DNA from: Octopus bimaculoides
Lineage: Eukaryota
Assembly: GCF_001194135.2 (NCBI RefSeq)
Contig: NC_069004.1
Coordinates: 1,616,823-1,658,712 of the forward strand
DNA length: 41,890 nt
Direction of reading: 5' to 3'
The position numbers were made by a program, and so were the translations under genes. The number at the start of each line of letters is the position of its first letter. Position 1 is the stretch's first letter. A model generated the notes under the pieces. That model saw only the letters and a program-made list of their open reading frames with translations. It had not been told where the DNA came from and did not search any database. Positions 1 to 13,237 of this stretch are shown one piece after another.

Positions 1-42
<42 letters not shown>

Positions 43-1974
43 GTGCATATATATATGTTTATATATATAATTATATGCATACAAGCACATGTATATATAC
101 TTACACCTATATATACATACACAAACTTATGCCTAAAAGAGAGATAAGGAGAGTGTTTATTATAAACACAGATACAAATGTCTATTAACTTTAATATACT
201 AAATTAATGAATTCGTAGAAACGCCAAGTAGAAACACTTATGAGGGAAGAAAACGCTCAGATCAGACAATGACTAATATTTTTTCATCTTGCTTTATCTA
301 AAAGTCCGGGGTCAGCTCCTCAGCGAATGAAATCACTTATGATATTGAGAGAGAGAGAGAGAAAGGGGTAGCAGACGAGAGGGTCATTATAGATAGAGTC
401 ATCTATTAGTGTTAATATGTTTAATTAATGAATTCATGAAATTACTAACCAGAAACATATATCAGGTGAGAAGACACTTATGTGTTAAACAATGACTAAA
501 ATATTATGTCACCATTTTTTTTGTTTATCTATCGCCAAGTCCTGGGGACAACCGCGTTCAGCGAATCAAATCGTCCTGTACTCGTCGGAGTAGTGATGTA
601 TGAATCACTGAATTTGTGCATGAATTAGTACAGTTATTAGTGCAAGGAAAATATGATTGTTTAGAGATTAAGTAATCGAATGACGACATCCGAATGGCAA
701 AAGGTAGAATCGATCGATCAGTGTGTGTGTGTGTGAGTGAGTGTGAGTGTGAGTGAGTGTGAGTGTGAGTGAGTGTCAACATATTGATGGAAAGGAGCAA
801 TAAGGAGCTGAGTGTAAATAAATATGCTTGCACGTGTATGCACATATATATATATATATANNNNNNNNNNNNNNNNNNNNNNNNNNNNNNNNNNNNNNNN
901 NNNNNNNNNNNNNNNNNNNNNNNNNNNNNNNNNNNNNNNNNNNNNNNNNNNNNNNNNNNNNNNNNNNNNNNNNNNNNNNNNNNNNNNNNNNNNNNNNNNN
1001 NNNNNNNNNNNNNNNNNNNNNNNNNNNNNNNNNNNNNNNNNNNNNNNNNNNNNNNNNNNNNNNNNNNNNNNNNNNNNNNNNNNNNNNNNNNNNNNNNNNN
1101 NNNNNNNNNNNNNNNNNNNNNNNNNNNNNNNNNNNNNNNNNNNNNNNNNNNNNNNNNNNNNNNNNNNNNNNNNNNNNNNNNNNNNNNNNNNNNNNNNNNN
1201 NNNNNNNNNNNNNNNNNNNNNNNNNNNNNNNNNNNNNNNNNNNNNNNNNNNNNNNNNNNNNNNNNNNNNNNNNNNNNNNNNNNNNNNNNNNNNNNNNNNN
1301 NNNNNNNNNNNNNNNNNNNNNNNNNNNNNNNNNNNNNNNNNNNNNNNNNNNNNNNNNNNNNNNNNNNNNNNNNNNNNNNNNNNNNNNNNNNNNNNNNNNN
1401 NNNNNNNNNNNNNNNNNNNNNNNNNNNNNNNNNNNNNNNNNNNNNNNNNNNNNNNNNNNNNNNNNNNNNNNNNNNNNNNNNNNNNNNNNNNNNNNNNNNN
1501 NNNNNNNNNNNNNNNNNAAATACAACAGATTATACACATTCTCAACACACTTTTGTGCTAAGCACGTTTATATTTTTGTCCAACAAAGGAAACAAAAACT
1601 ATATATGTATATGTATATATATGTGTGTGTGTGTGCGTTTGTGAGTGCGTGCGTGCGTGTATGTGTATGCACGTGTGCGTGCGTGTAGTTTATTTAAACT
1701 GAATATTTTCCACGTCACTCGTGTTTCGCGTTATTGCGATCGTCAGATAACCCGATGATTGCAATCGCAGGAAATTCAAATTGCAAAAAAAAAAAAAACA
1801 ATACAAAAATCAAAAAATTGAGTCTAAATAAACATTACATTGTTCGCAAGTACTGAATACTCCGTCTCTTTCGTTGACAAACTAGAGACACACACATATA
1901 TAATATATCTATATCTATATATCTATGTAGCTATCTATCTGTCCATATGTGTATTACACACACACACATACACA

Positions 1975-2070
1975 TAAGGTCTGATCAATAAGTACCCGGA
2001 CTATTGCCATAGTAACGAAGCTAAAGCATGTAGAGCGAAGCCACTTGGGAAAGATTGACTCTAAACACTG
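1975..2070 (+). mobile_element. Mariner 5' end (TIR plus subterminal), same family as 32937-33495
   Basis: taaggtctgatcaataagtacccggactattgccatagtaacgaagctaaagcatgtagagcgaagccactt aligns to the reverse complement of 33424-33497. Confidence 0.7.
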
Positions 2071-4633
2071 CAGTGTATATATATACTTATACATATGTAT
2101 ATATATATGTATATATACTTATACGTATATGTATTTATGTATATACGTATAAGTATATATACGTATATACATACACACACACACACATGTGTATTTGCAA
2201 ACTTGGACACGCACAGATATGACCATGCATGTGAAAGCACTCGTAAAGATATAAAACTAGGACTTACCAAGACACACACCAAATATCAATGACTATAAAT
2301 ATAGAAACAAAGGACAAACGCCCAAAACATTATGACTTTCTCCCATCCCATTAAAGCGCTAATAACTTGTTTATTACATTCTATTTTCAGAAGTATGTAC
2401 ACAACTAAAAAGTTTCAGTAAAATTGCTATTACTCTGATAATATCGAAGGAAATCAAACGAAANNNNNNNNNNNNNNNNNNNNNNNNNNNNNNNNNNNNN
2501 NNNNNNNNNNNNNNNNNNNNNNNNNNNNNNNNNNNNNNNNNNNNNNNNNNNNNNNNNNNNNNNCAAAGCTGCTTCATGTGAATTATTTCTCTGGCGAGAA
2601 TTACGAAAATATCATCAACAGAGACAGAAATACGACGACTTCCTCCTTGTCGTGTTTTCCTTTCTTCCTGCAGTTTCTCTTGCTATCTCTTCTGCTTTCA
2701 GACAGGTTTTGGAACTCCTACTTTCTCTGTCTGCGTTGTGCAACAAGTTAACATCTCACTTCGCACTCTTCCAGCCAAACTGGTACGAGATTTATTTCAC
2801 CGCGCCCCGGTTGCTACTCTCGATGTTTTTGTTGTTGCTATTGTTGTGCTGCTGCTACTGCCGCGGTTAACTGTTCTGCCTCTGCCTACTGTTGCTGTTG
2901 CTGTTGTTGTTGTTGTTGTTGCTGTTTAGCGCAGGTCTGGCATGGACGGAGTTATCTCAGTACAGCTTATTGCTGTTGTTTCGCCCCGGGCCTCCTCTGG
3001 CCAAGCAAGCTCATCATTAAACACTTCGTTGTTGTTGTTGTTGTCGTCGTAGTCCCCCTCCTTCCCCCCNNNNNNNNNNNNNNNNNNNNNNNNNNNNNNN
3101 NNNNNNNNNNNNNNNNNNNNNNNNNNNNNNNNNNNNNNNNNNNNNNNNNNNNNNNNNNNNNNNNNNNNNNNNNNNNNNNNNNNNNNNNNNNNNNNNNNNN
3201 NNNNNNNNNNNNNNNNNNNNNNNNNNNNNNNNNNNNNNNNNNNNNNNNNNNNNNNNNNNNNNNNNNNNNNNNNNNNNNNNNNNNNNNNNNNNNNNNNNNN
3301 NNNNNNNNNNNNNNNNNNNNNNNNNNNNNNNNNNNNNNNNNNNNNNNNNNNNNNNNNNNNNNNNNNNNNNNNNNNNNNNNNNNNNNNNNNNNNNNNNNNN
3401 NNNNNNNNNNNNNNNNNNNNNNNNNNNNNNNNNNNNNNNNNNNNNNNNNNNNNNNNNNNNNNNNNNNNNNNNNNNNNNNNNNNNNNNNNNNNNNNNNNNN
3501 NNNNNNNNNNNNNNNNNNNNNNNNNNNNNNNNNNNNNNNNNNNNNNNNNNNNNNNNNNNNNNNNNNNNNNNNNNNNNNNNNNNNNNNNNNNNNNNNNNNN
3601 NNNNNNNNNNNNNNNNNNNNNNNNNNNNNNNNNNNNNNNNNNNNNNNNNNNNNNNNNNNNAAAGTCTTTAGTGAGATCCTCAACAATCAATCTTACGTGA
3701 CACATCTGCTTCTATGTTTGATAGAGATAAGGCATCCCGAATGTTATTTTAACAAGTTTAAAGTGATGGTTTTTTGTGCCGTAAACCATTTACCATTTTT
3801 GTGGTTTCCCCTACTCTTTCCTTTGATGCTCTAAGCACGTACAATGATTGATCCAGTGCAGCTGTTATTGTTATATAGTCCTTCGATTCCCCTTTTCATG
3901 CAGACACAATTATATTGCTTGCTTTCGTCGTCGTTTCTCTTATTCAAGCAAATATATACATAACTACATTGTTAGATCACCGAGTAGGAAATCCTATTCA
4001 TTAGTTTCCGCAAAAGAAAGTACTTGCACAAACATCCGGGAAACACGCCCCCAAAAGAAAAAATAATTGGCGGAGCGGTGTGCCCAACAGATTAACCAAG
4101 AATAACTTATTAACGCACTCCAGCCTTCGGCCCATGGATGAAGTGTCTCCTTTCTCTCTCTTTTCTGTTGCTGGTACATTCTGCCCCTTAGAGCTGACTC
4201 ATCTCATGTCCCCTCTTCCCAGGCAACCCGAAATGATTCTCTTTCCTTCTCTTCTCCCCTGTATTGTAACCATCTGCCTATCCTCCTCACGCTAACTACT
4301 GTGCCAAATCCTTTCTCCCCTGTGTGTCTACCGGATGGAATTCCCTCACTGCTCACATTGTTATTTCTCTTTCTACGTGCAATTGCATTTCGTTCACGAA
4401 GGACAAACAGCACCATGGTTTGAGGGAGATTTAGTCGCTATTTCTAGCATATCGAACAATCATATGAAACTACCCCCCTTTTTTTATTTAGTTCATTTCA
4501 TCTTCAATTCATTTTATTAATTTACTGATGTACTTTTCCATTGGCTCGAACTCGTGAGGTTGATTTACTGGTAAGCGATGTTCGAAGGAGCCGAAATGTG
4601 TGCCACTTGTGGCGTTGTAATGGCTGTAATGAG

Positions 4634-4813
4634 GAGACAAACAAGGGCAGACAAAGGGATTAAGTCAATTACATCGACTCCAGTGCGTAACTGGTACTTA
4701 TTTAATCGACCCGGAAAGGATGAAAGGCAAAGTCGACCTCGGCAGAATTTGAACTCAGAACGTACCGCTAAGCATTTCGCCCGGCGTGCTAACGATTCTG
4801 CCAGCTCGCCGCC
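4634..4813 (-). mobile_element. tRNA-derived SINE family A
   Basis: The minus strand begins ggcggcgagctggcagaatcgttagc (A box) and contains gagttcaaattc (B box). Highly similar to 7360-7592 and the other copies. Confidence 0.9.
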
Positions 4814-5300
4814 CTACACCTACATTGTATTGAACGGTGACTTTGACGGGTGGAAAGTGAACAAGTAAATTTTTGTTCAGAATTTTAAATATGAAATGAA
4901 TTCCTTAAAATTTATAATTTTCAAGTGACGTAGAAGAATGTATAGGAAGAAGTGGGAATGAAATNNNNNNNNNNNNNNNNNNNNNNNNNNNNNNNNNNNN
5001 NNNNNNNNNNNNNNNNNNNNNNNNNNNNNNNNNNNNNNNNNNNNNNNNNNNNNNNNNNNNNNNNNNNNNNNNNNNNNNNNNNNNNNNNNNNNNNNNNNNN
5101 NNNNNNNNNNNNNNNNNNNNNNNNNNNNNNNNNNNNNNNNNNNNNNNNNNNNNNNNNNNNNNNNNNNNNNAATAAGTAAACGTCTTGTGGTGAACTGAAA
5201 ACCAATGAGAAACTCACGTGTGTGCAGCGATGACAAAACTCTGGGTATTTGCGTATGAAAGAAATATGGTGGAGGGAGGAGACGGAGAAGGAGGAGGCAG

Positions 5301-5360
<60 letters not shown>

Positions 5361-5574
5361 AAAATGTAAAGGTAACAAAAGCGGAAGTTGAGGTTATAGG
5401 ATAGTTTAAATCATACCTTGTTAGAAATGTAAGCTTAACACTTAAGCAATTTAAAGGATGATTCATAAGTCATTACACGATTTTAATTTTAATTTAATAT
5501 TTAATTAAAATGCTGAAGAAACGTCGGATTAACTCTAGGTCTGGTGGATGATGTCAAGCATTTTAAAAATCTGG

Positions 5575-5890
5575 ACGACGTCTTTAATTAATCTTTTATT
5601 CTGGTGGACCCCCCCCCTATAGTTATTCGATGTTTAAAAACTAGTTTTATAGATACTTCTTTCAAAATCCCTCTTTTGTTTCTCACTCACTTGTATAGTT
5701 TAAACTACGTAAAATATTCGCGAAAGAAACCTAGATGTTTCTTGCAATAAATACGTCTAATGCAAAGTTTTTTCATGAACCCTTAAAATACTACAACGGA
5801 TCCCCATTTTGCTATTTCGCTTGTACGGACCACCATAAATCTTATATGGACCCTTTAGGATTCATATGGACCCCAGTTGAGAATCACCTG
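5575..5890 (-). mobile_element. hAT-like MITE, sibling of 37938-38320
   Basis: The reverse complement aligns over about 300 bp with 37990-38300. End gttgagaatcacctg resembles CAGTGGTTCTCAAC-type hAT termini. Confidence 0.7.
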
Positions 5891-7140
5891 TCTAGTGAAT
5901 GAGGTCAACCATCCAGCTCGTTCTTTCACAGCAACAACTTCCGTTTACTTCTTCGATGTCCTTCATTATTAGTTGGTGGCGCCCTCTTTTCCAGTATCCA
6001 TACTTTGATACATTCCTTTTCTTGATATCGCCTTACAGACCTTTCTCCTCAGATATTTCGCCCTTTCGTTTTATCTTCTACTCAGCTAAAACGCAACAGA
6101 ATCTTTCTCCGTACTTACTTAAACCCTTTGCCCCTGCTGGAGTAAAGGCCATTGATGTCTTTTCTCCACTTTTCCCCTACTGTGGTCTGCCTTTTCTGCT
6201 TCTCTCCCGTTGGCTCCCTACTTTTTCAGCCCTACCCCGTATCCCGTACCCAGTTTTATGGGTGTGTTTTTTAGGCCGTCCTCTCTTCCGCTTCTCTTTT
6301 GATTTTTAGATCGGGACCTAACGTGTTACATGTTTCCCTGGGGGGTAAGGACTTCCTTTTCCAGGTCTTACCGATTCTGAATTGTCGTCGATGTTCCAGT
6401 AACTTTGGTTTTCTGTAGATAAGGATGCTGGCCCTTATGTCTTCGATCATAGATTTGCATAATCAGGATTAATCTGGACGACGTTTATCAAGATCATCCA
6501 GGCTAAAGAACAACGTTAAACATTAAAATGAGCAGAAGCTAAATAATATCATCAGAATCGTGATTCCTTTTAGACTGAGCTGAGGCCACACAACACCCTA
6601 AGCATTTGTTAGGCTGACCCGAGACTAAACTATAACGCCAAACAATTCTTAGACTTACTCAAGGCTAAATTACAATGCCAGGCTGACCTGGGGTTAACCA
6701 TAAGCATCACACTGCTCTGAGACTGCCTAAGACTAAACAAGAACGCCAACTCTAAAATGGAACTCATGGTGGAATATTTTGGTTGTCATGACGATCGGCG
6801 CAAGTCCTGTTTATGACACGTGATTAGAAATGGCTGGGAAAGCTTTAATAACTGAAGAATATTGTTAGAGCAATTTGTAGTTGAAAAACTGGTTTTTCTA
6901 AGGCAGCCTTATTGTCATTTTTTCGTTGGCTTGATACACAAGACCAGCCATAAATGAGTGGACACACAAGCCGAGGAATAGATGGAAAGAGTGTCTATAA
7001 AAATTTGACAAGTCTTTGGGGATAGAGATAAGCACGTGAATGAGTTTGTGTGCGTTTACGTATATGCATGTGTGTGTGTTTGTGTTGTATCATACACACA
7101 CACACAAATAGATAGACAAATAAGATAGACAGACAGACAC

Positions 7141-7206
<66 letters not shown>
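7141..7206. repeat. (ATAG)n microsatellite
   Basis: Direct reading of the sequence. Confidence 0.98.
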
Positions 7207-7208
<2 letters not shown>

Positions 7209-7359
7209 AACGCTCGAAACTCTCGGCCCTTAAGTATATAGATATATACGCGCATACATACATACATACGTACATACATACATATCTCTGTATGTGTGTG
7301 TTTGTGTATGTATATAGATATAATTATTATTATTATTAAATATATATGTATGTATGTAT

Positions 7360-7592
7360 TATTTCTTTACTACCCACAAGGGGCTACACACAGAGGGGAC
7401 AAACAAGGACAGACAAACGGATTAAGTCGATTATACCGACCCCAGTGCGTAACTGGTACTTATTTAATCGACCCCGAAAGGATGAAAGGCAGAGTCGACC
7501 TCGGCGGAATTTGAACTCAGAACGTAGCGGTAGACGAAATACCGCTAAGCATTTCGCCCGGCGTGCTAACGTTTCGGCCAGCTCGCCGCCTT
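7360..7592 (-). mobile_element. SINE family A, full length, low divergence
   Basis: A box, B box, central gtcgactttgcctttcatcc block and 3' tail are all present. Flanked by (TATG)n. Confidence 0.92.
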
Positions 7593-7790
7593 TATGTATG
7601 TATGTATGTATGTATGTATGTATGTATGTATGTATGTATGTATGTATGTATGTATGTATGAAACTTACTCTGTAAAACATATACACACATACGCATATAT
7701 ACATAAAATACATGTGTATTTGTACACATTATTTACACACGCATAAAGGCGAGGATCATCGTAGCACGTGCGTGCTCGGGTGTGTGTGTG

Positions 7791-7830
<40 letters not shown>

Positions 7831-8006
7831 CGTGCGTAAGTATATATGTTCGTGTGTGGCGTTCAAGTGACACACAACAGCGGCATATGCACAAAAGTTA
7901 TTAATCACATTGGTGACATGAAAAGAGTATAAAATATAGACATGGGGGGAAATAATAGCCACTTTCCCATTCCCACACCCCGCTCCCACAATACCCAGGT
8001 AACTCA

Positions 8007-8020
8007 GTAACCATGGCAAC
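8007..8020. promoter_or_regulatory. RFX X-box motif GTAACCATGGCAAC
   Basis: Exact match to the X-box consensus GTHNYYATRRNAAC. Function untested. Confidence 0.4.
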
Positions 8021-8201
8021 TATATTTACTCTAAAATCTTTGTTGATTGAGCTCTTCTCCTCCAACTACCCCTCCAACAGGGGAGGGGGGGGCTATCTTC
8101 GTTGGTCTAACATACTCCTGTACGGGTAGCCACCCGCATTTATTCAGACACACACACACACACGCTAGATGGATGGATGGATGGATACACACACATGCAT
8201 A

Positions 8202-8238
<37 letters not shown>

Positions 8239-8370
8239 CATATATCTACATATACACACACAAATATATATATATATATACATATATATTATACATGTAT
8301 ATGTACATACACATACACGTATATATATATATATATATATATATTATCAATATTATTATTCTTATTATCG

Positions 8371-8438
8371 TTGCCTTTCATCCTTTCGGGGTCGATAAAT
8401 AAAGTACCACTTGAGTATTGGAGTCGATTGGACCGACT
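8371..8438 (+). mobile_element. SINE family A central fragment
   Basis: ttgcctttcatcctttcggggtcgataaataaagtacc matches the family A core. Confidence 0.75.
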
Positions 8439-8628
8439 GTCCACAAAATATATATATATATATAAATAATTAAATTAGACAGTTGTTTAACAATGTAGAA
8501 CCAAAAGAGAAATTTTTAATTGTCATTAAAAATGACAAAGGCTGTAGGAAACACCTACCATGCTAGAAATAAGAGTTAAATTGCTCTGATGCTGCAGTCA
8601 ACGCACATGAATGTATACAGGCATACTG

Positions 8629-8673
<45 letters not shown>

Positions 8674-9099
8674 GAGAGAGAGGAGTGGAGATAGATAGCC
8701 GGATAGATAGATAAATAGACNNNNNNNNNNNNNNNNNNNNNNNNNNNNNNNNNNNNNNNNNNNNNNNNNNNNNNNNNNNNNNNNNNNNNNNNNNNNNNNN
8801 NNNNNNNNNNNNNNNNNNNNNNNNNNNNNNNNNNNNNNNNNNNNNNNNNNNNNNNNNNNNNNNNNNNNNNNNNNNNNNNNNNNNNNNNNNNNNNNNNNNN
8901 NNNNNNNNNNNNNNNNNNNNNNNNNNNNNNNNNNNNNNNNNNNNNNNNNNNNNNNNNNNNNNNNNNNNNNNNNNNNNNNNNNNNNNNNNNNNNNNNNNNN
9001 NNNNNNNNNNNNNNNNNNNNNNNNNNNCTCCCACTCCCCCCTCTCTCCCCATCCACCATCTCATACTTTCCCTTTGTTTTGCAGTATTTATTACTTCTG

Positions 9100-9126
9100 T
9101 ACATTTATCATTATTATTATTATTAT

Positions 9127-9192
<66 letters not shown>

Positions 9193-9201
9193 TAGTAGTA
9201 G
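9100..9201. repeat. Compound (TTA)n(TAG)n(CAG)n(TAG)n trinucleotide repeat
   Basis: Direct reading of the sequence. Confidence 0.95.
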
Positions 9202-10662
9202 TATTTGGTCGTATCTGTTTCTATAGTGCTCTTCTTCGTTTCACATACACCTACACACACATACACACACACACCACACACACCACACACACGCACACAC
9301 AGACACACACAAACACATATATATATAGAGAGAGAGAGTGGGAGAGAGAGAGAGAGAGAGTGGGAGAGAGAGATAGAGAGAGTGGGAGAGAGAGAGAGAG
9401 TGGGAGAGAGAGATGGGGAACAAAACGAGAGAGGGACAGACAGAAGGAGATATAAGCATATATACATACGTATATATATATATGGAAAAAAGTGTATATA
9501 TATGTGTATATGTATNNNNNNNNNNNNNNNNNNNNNNNNNNNNNNNNNNNNNNNNNNNNNNNNNNNNNNNNNNNNNNNNNNNNNNNNNNNNNNNNNNNNN
9601 NNNNNNNNNNNNNNNNNNNNNNNNNNNNNNNNNNNNNNNNNNNNNNNNNNNNNNNNNNNNNNNNNNNNNNNNNNNNNNNNNNNNNNNNNNNNNNNNNNNN
9701 NNNNNNNNNNNNNNNNNNNNNNNNNNNNNNNNNNNNNNNNNNNNNNNNNNNNNNNNNNNNNNNNNNNNNNNNNNNNNNNNNNNNNNNNNNNNNNNNNNNN
9801 NNNNNNNNNNNNNNNNNNNNNNNNNNNNNNNNNNNNNNNNNNNNNNNNNNNNNNNNNNNNNNNNNNNNNNNNNNNNNNNNNNNNNNNNNNNNNNNNNNNN
9901 NNNNNNNNNNNNNNNNNNNNNNNNNNNNNNNNNNNNNNNNNNNNNNNNNNNNNNNNNNNNNNNNNNNNNNNNNNNNNNNNNNNNNNNNNNNNNNNNNNNN
10001 NNNNNNNNNNNNNNNNNNNNNNNNNNNNNNNNNNNNNNNNNNNNNNNNNNNNNNNNNNNNNNNNNNNNNNNNNNNNNNNNNNNNNNNNNNNNNNNNNNNN
10101 NNNNNNNNNNNNNNNNNNNNNNNNNNNNNNNNNNNNNNNNNNNNNNNNNNNNNNNNNNNNNNNNNNNNNNNNNNNNNNNNNNNNNNNNNNNNNNNNNNNN
10201 NNNNNNNNNNNNNNNNNNNNNNNNNNNNNNNNNNNNNNNNNNNNNNNNNNNNNNNNNNNNNNNNNNNNNNNNNNNNNNNNNNNNNNNNNNNNNNNNNNNN
10301 NNNNNNNNNNNNNNNNNNNNNNNNNNNNNNNNNNNNNNNNNNNNNNNNNNNNNNNNNNNNNNNNNNNNNNNNNNNNNNNNNNNNNNNNNNNNNNNNNNNN
10401 NNNNNNNNNNNNNNNNNNNNNNNNNNNGCAAGGAATCTTTTAAAATAATGAAGAATTTCACAAAGACTTTCGTTGACTGAGAACGTAGCTTAAATTCTGC
10501 GTTCTTTTTGAGAGATCTTTTGCATTAATGCAGGCATGTGAGTAATTTATTTATTATTAAATATCATAATATAAATTATTTACATGTCTTTAAGTTACGA
10601 AACAATTTGTTGTGATATTTGATTTTTTTTATTTTGGAATAAAATTTCATCAAACTATTTCT

Positions 10663-10955
10663 CAGTCATTTATGACGAAATAATGGAAGCACCTTAAAAT
10701 TTCAAACAAATTTATTTTACTATTGGGTGGGACCGCCTTTGGCAGTAATTACAGCTTGAATTCTACTCGTACAAAGTTTGAATTGTTTAAGGAATTTTCG
10801 TCTTGTAGTGATGATGGTGGAGGATATCGACTCCTGACTTGTTTTTTCTAAAATGCACCATAAATATTCAATAATATTGAGATCTGGGGACTGTGGTGGC
10901 CAGATAAGATGTTCGTCTTCACTAGAATGTTCCTCGTGCCATTCAGTAACAACTT
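10663..10955 (-). mobile_element. Tc1-type (DD34E) transposon 3' remnant
   Basis: The minus strand encodes WPPQSPDLNIIE (10867-10902), then frameshifted RIQAVITAKGGPT*. TIR-like end cagtcatttatgacgaaataatggaagcacc. Confidence 0.85.
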
Positions 10956-10964
10956 TTTATAATA

Positions 10965-11108
10965 CGTCAGCGTAATGTAGCGGTTCGGCAAAAGAGAGCG
11001 ATAGAATAAATACCAGGCTTAAAGAAAAAAGTACTGAGCAGTTCATCTGATTAAAAATTCTTCAAAACTCTTCATTAGCACAGCCAAATGACTGAAACAA
11101 GTAAAAGT
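10965..11108 (+). mobile_element. SINE family B 3' tail fragment
   Basis: agcggttcggcaaaagagagcgatagaataa...aaatgactgaaacaagtaaaag matches 16130-16265. Confidence 0.75.
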
Positions 11109-13020
11109 TTATATATATATATATATATATATTCTCCCACGTACATTCACACACACACACAAACACACACACACACACACACATTACGCAGTATCTGTGA
11201 TTTATTTCTCCTTATGACTGATTCACTGGTCTTGTGTGTCCTGCAGTAGCAAACCCCTCCCTCTTTCTCCTCCTCTCTTCATAACCAAGCAGCTGTTTAA
11301 CCAATGAGGCGTTGCTAATTAACATGGATGACTGATCCTGTAGGTTTGTACTTTAGTAGTAGTAGTAGTAGTAGCTTTAGTCACTTTTGTTCCACCTCAG
11401 ATCTGTTGTGACCATATGATTAGTGTTCTAGCGTTCCAGACATGACCACATCGTCTTATTTACAAACAATACATAGAAGATATATTTTTCAATGTCCTTT
11501 AAAAACCATAAGACTTGTCTCGATTGAAATTTGTCGCCGGACGATTAGCCATGTAGAAGTCCATTACATGACCTCACTCAAGATTGTTGTTATTGTTGTT
11601 GCTGTTGTTTAACCCTAGGTCATCTCTGGTTGAACAAACATGATCAAAGTCATCCCAGCCATGACCATCTCAGACCACGTTACGCAATATGTTCTTTGTG
11701 ATTTTTATTTTATCAAAGAAAGTACAATGTAAGTCTTGAGGGATTTGGTGGTGGTGGTGGTGGTAGTGGTGGGTGTGGTTGTGGTTGTGGTTGTAGTTGT
11801 GGTAGATACAACTAGAAAAGTAGTGTCAGGTAACGCAGGCTACTTATCACCTGTTCAACGTAAATCATTAAACAATTGATAGAATTTCTCCGCCACCATC
11901 ACCACCACCACCACCACCACCACCACCACCACCTGCCTATTATATGTCTCGAATTAACTATTAGAAACTATGATTAACATACGGAAAAGGAAGAGTTAGC
12001 TGTGTGGGTCATGTTGCCTCACAGATGAACGTGATTGGTGGAGGTTTCTAATTGNNNNNNNNNNNNNNNNNNNNNNNNNNNNNNNNNNNNNNNNNNNNNN
12101 NNNNNNNNNNNNNNNNNNNNNNNNNNNNNNNNNNNNNNNNNNNNNNNNNNNNNNNNNNNNNNNNNNNNNNNNNNNNNNNNNNNNNNNNNNNNNNNNNNNN
12201 NNNNNNNNNNNNNNNNNNNNNNNNNNNNNNNNNNNNNNNNNNNNNNNNNNNNNNNNNNNNNNNNNNNNNNNNNNNNNNNNNNNNNNNNNNNNNNNNNNNN
12301 NNNNNNNNNNNNNNNNNNNNNNNNNNNNNNNNNNNNNNNNNNNNNNNNNNNNNNNNNNNNNNNNNNNNNNNNNNNNNNNNNNNNNNNNNNNNNNNNNNNN
12401 NNNNNNNNNNNNNNNNNNNNNNNNNNNNNNNNNNNNNNNNNNNNNNNNNNNNNNNNNNNNNNNNNNNNNNNNNNNNNNNNNNNNNNNNNNNNNNNNNNNN
12501 NNNNNNNNNNNNNNNNNNNNNNNNNNNNNNNNNNNNNNNNNNNNNNNNNNNNNNNNNNNNNNNNNNNNNNNNNNNNNNNNNNNNNNNNNNNNNNNNNNNN
12601 NNNNNNNNNNNNNNNNNNNNNNNNNNNNNNNNNNNNNNNNNNNNNNNNNNNNNNNNNNNNNNNNNNNNNNNNNNNNNNNNNNNNNNNNNNNNNNNNNNNN
12701 NNNNNNNNNNNNNNNNNNNNNNNNNNNNNNNNNNNNNNNNNNNNNNNNNNNNNNNNNNNNNNNNNNNNNNNNNNNNNNNNNNNNNNNNNNNNNNNNNNNN
12801 NNNNNNNNNNNNNNNNNNNNNNNNNNNNNNNNNNNNNNNNNNNNNNNNNNNNNNNNNNNNNNNNNNNNNNNNNNNNNNNNNNNNNNNNNNNNNNNNNNNN
12901 NNNNNNNNNNNNNNNNNNNGTTACTCGGACATAAATACCAACACTGGTTGTCAAGCGGTGGATGAGGAAACATACACACACACACACACACAAACTCACG
13001 TACATACATACAAACATACA

Positions 13021-13051
<31 letters not shown>

Positions 13052-13065
13052 GTATATATATATGC

Positions 13066-13170
13066 GCAGGCATGGCTGTGTGGTAAGTTGCTTGCTTCAC
13101 AACGACACGGTTTCAGATTCAGTCACACTACGTGACACTTTGGGCGAGTAACTTTTACTATAGCATCGGG
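13066..13170 (+). mobile_element. SINE family B head, diverged
   Basis: gcaggcatggctgtgtggtaag...actttgggcgagtaacttttactatagc matches the head of the 14642-14999 copy. Confidence 0.75.

Positions 13171-13237
<67 letters not shown>

Noticed and set aside
5899-6309. 136-aa + strand ORF as a real gene
   Set aside because: The F/P/L/S-rich composition is the by-product of a pyrimidine-rich strand; no domain or splice support.
6560-6750. Degenerate ~30-bp tandem repeat (ggctgacc..gactaaac..aacgccaa)
   Set aside because: Only 2-3 loosely similar units; too weak to call without a Tandem Repeats Finder run.
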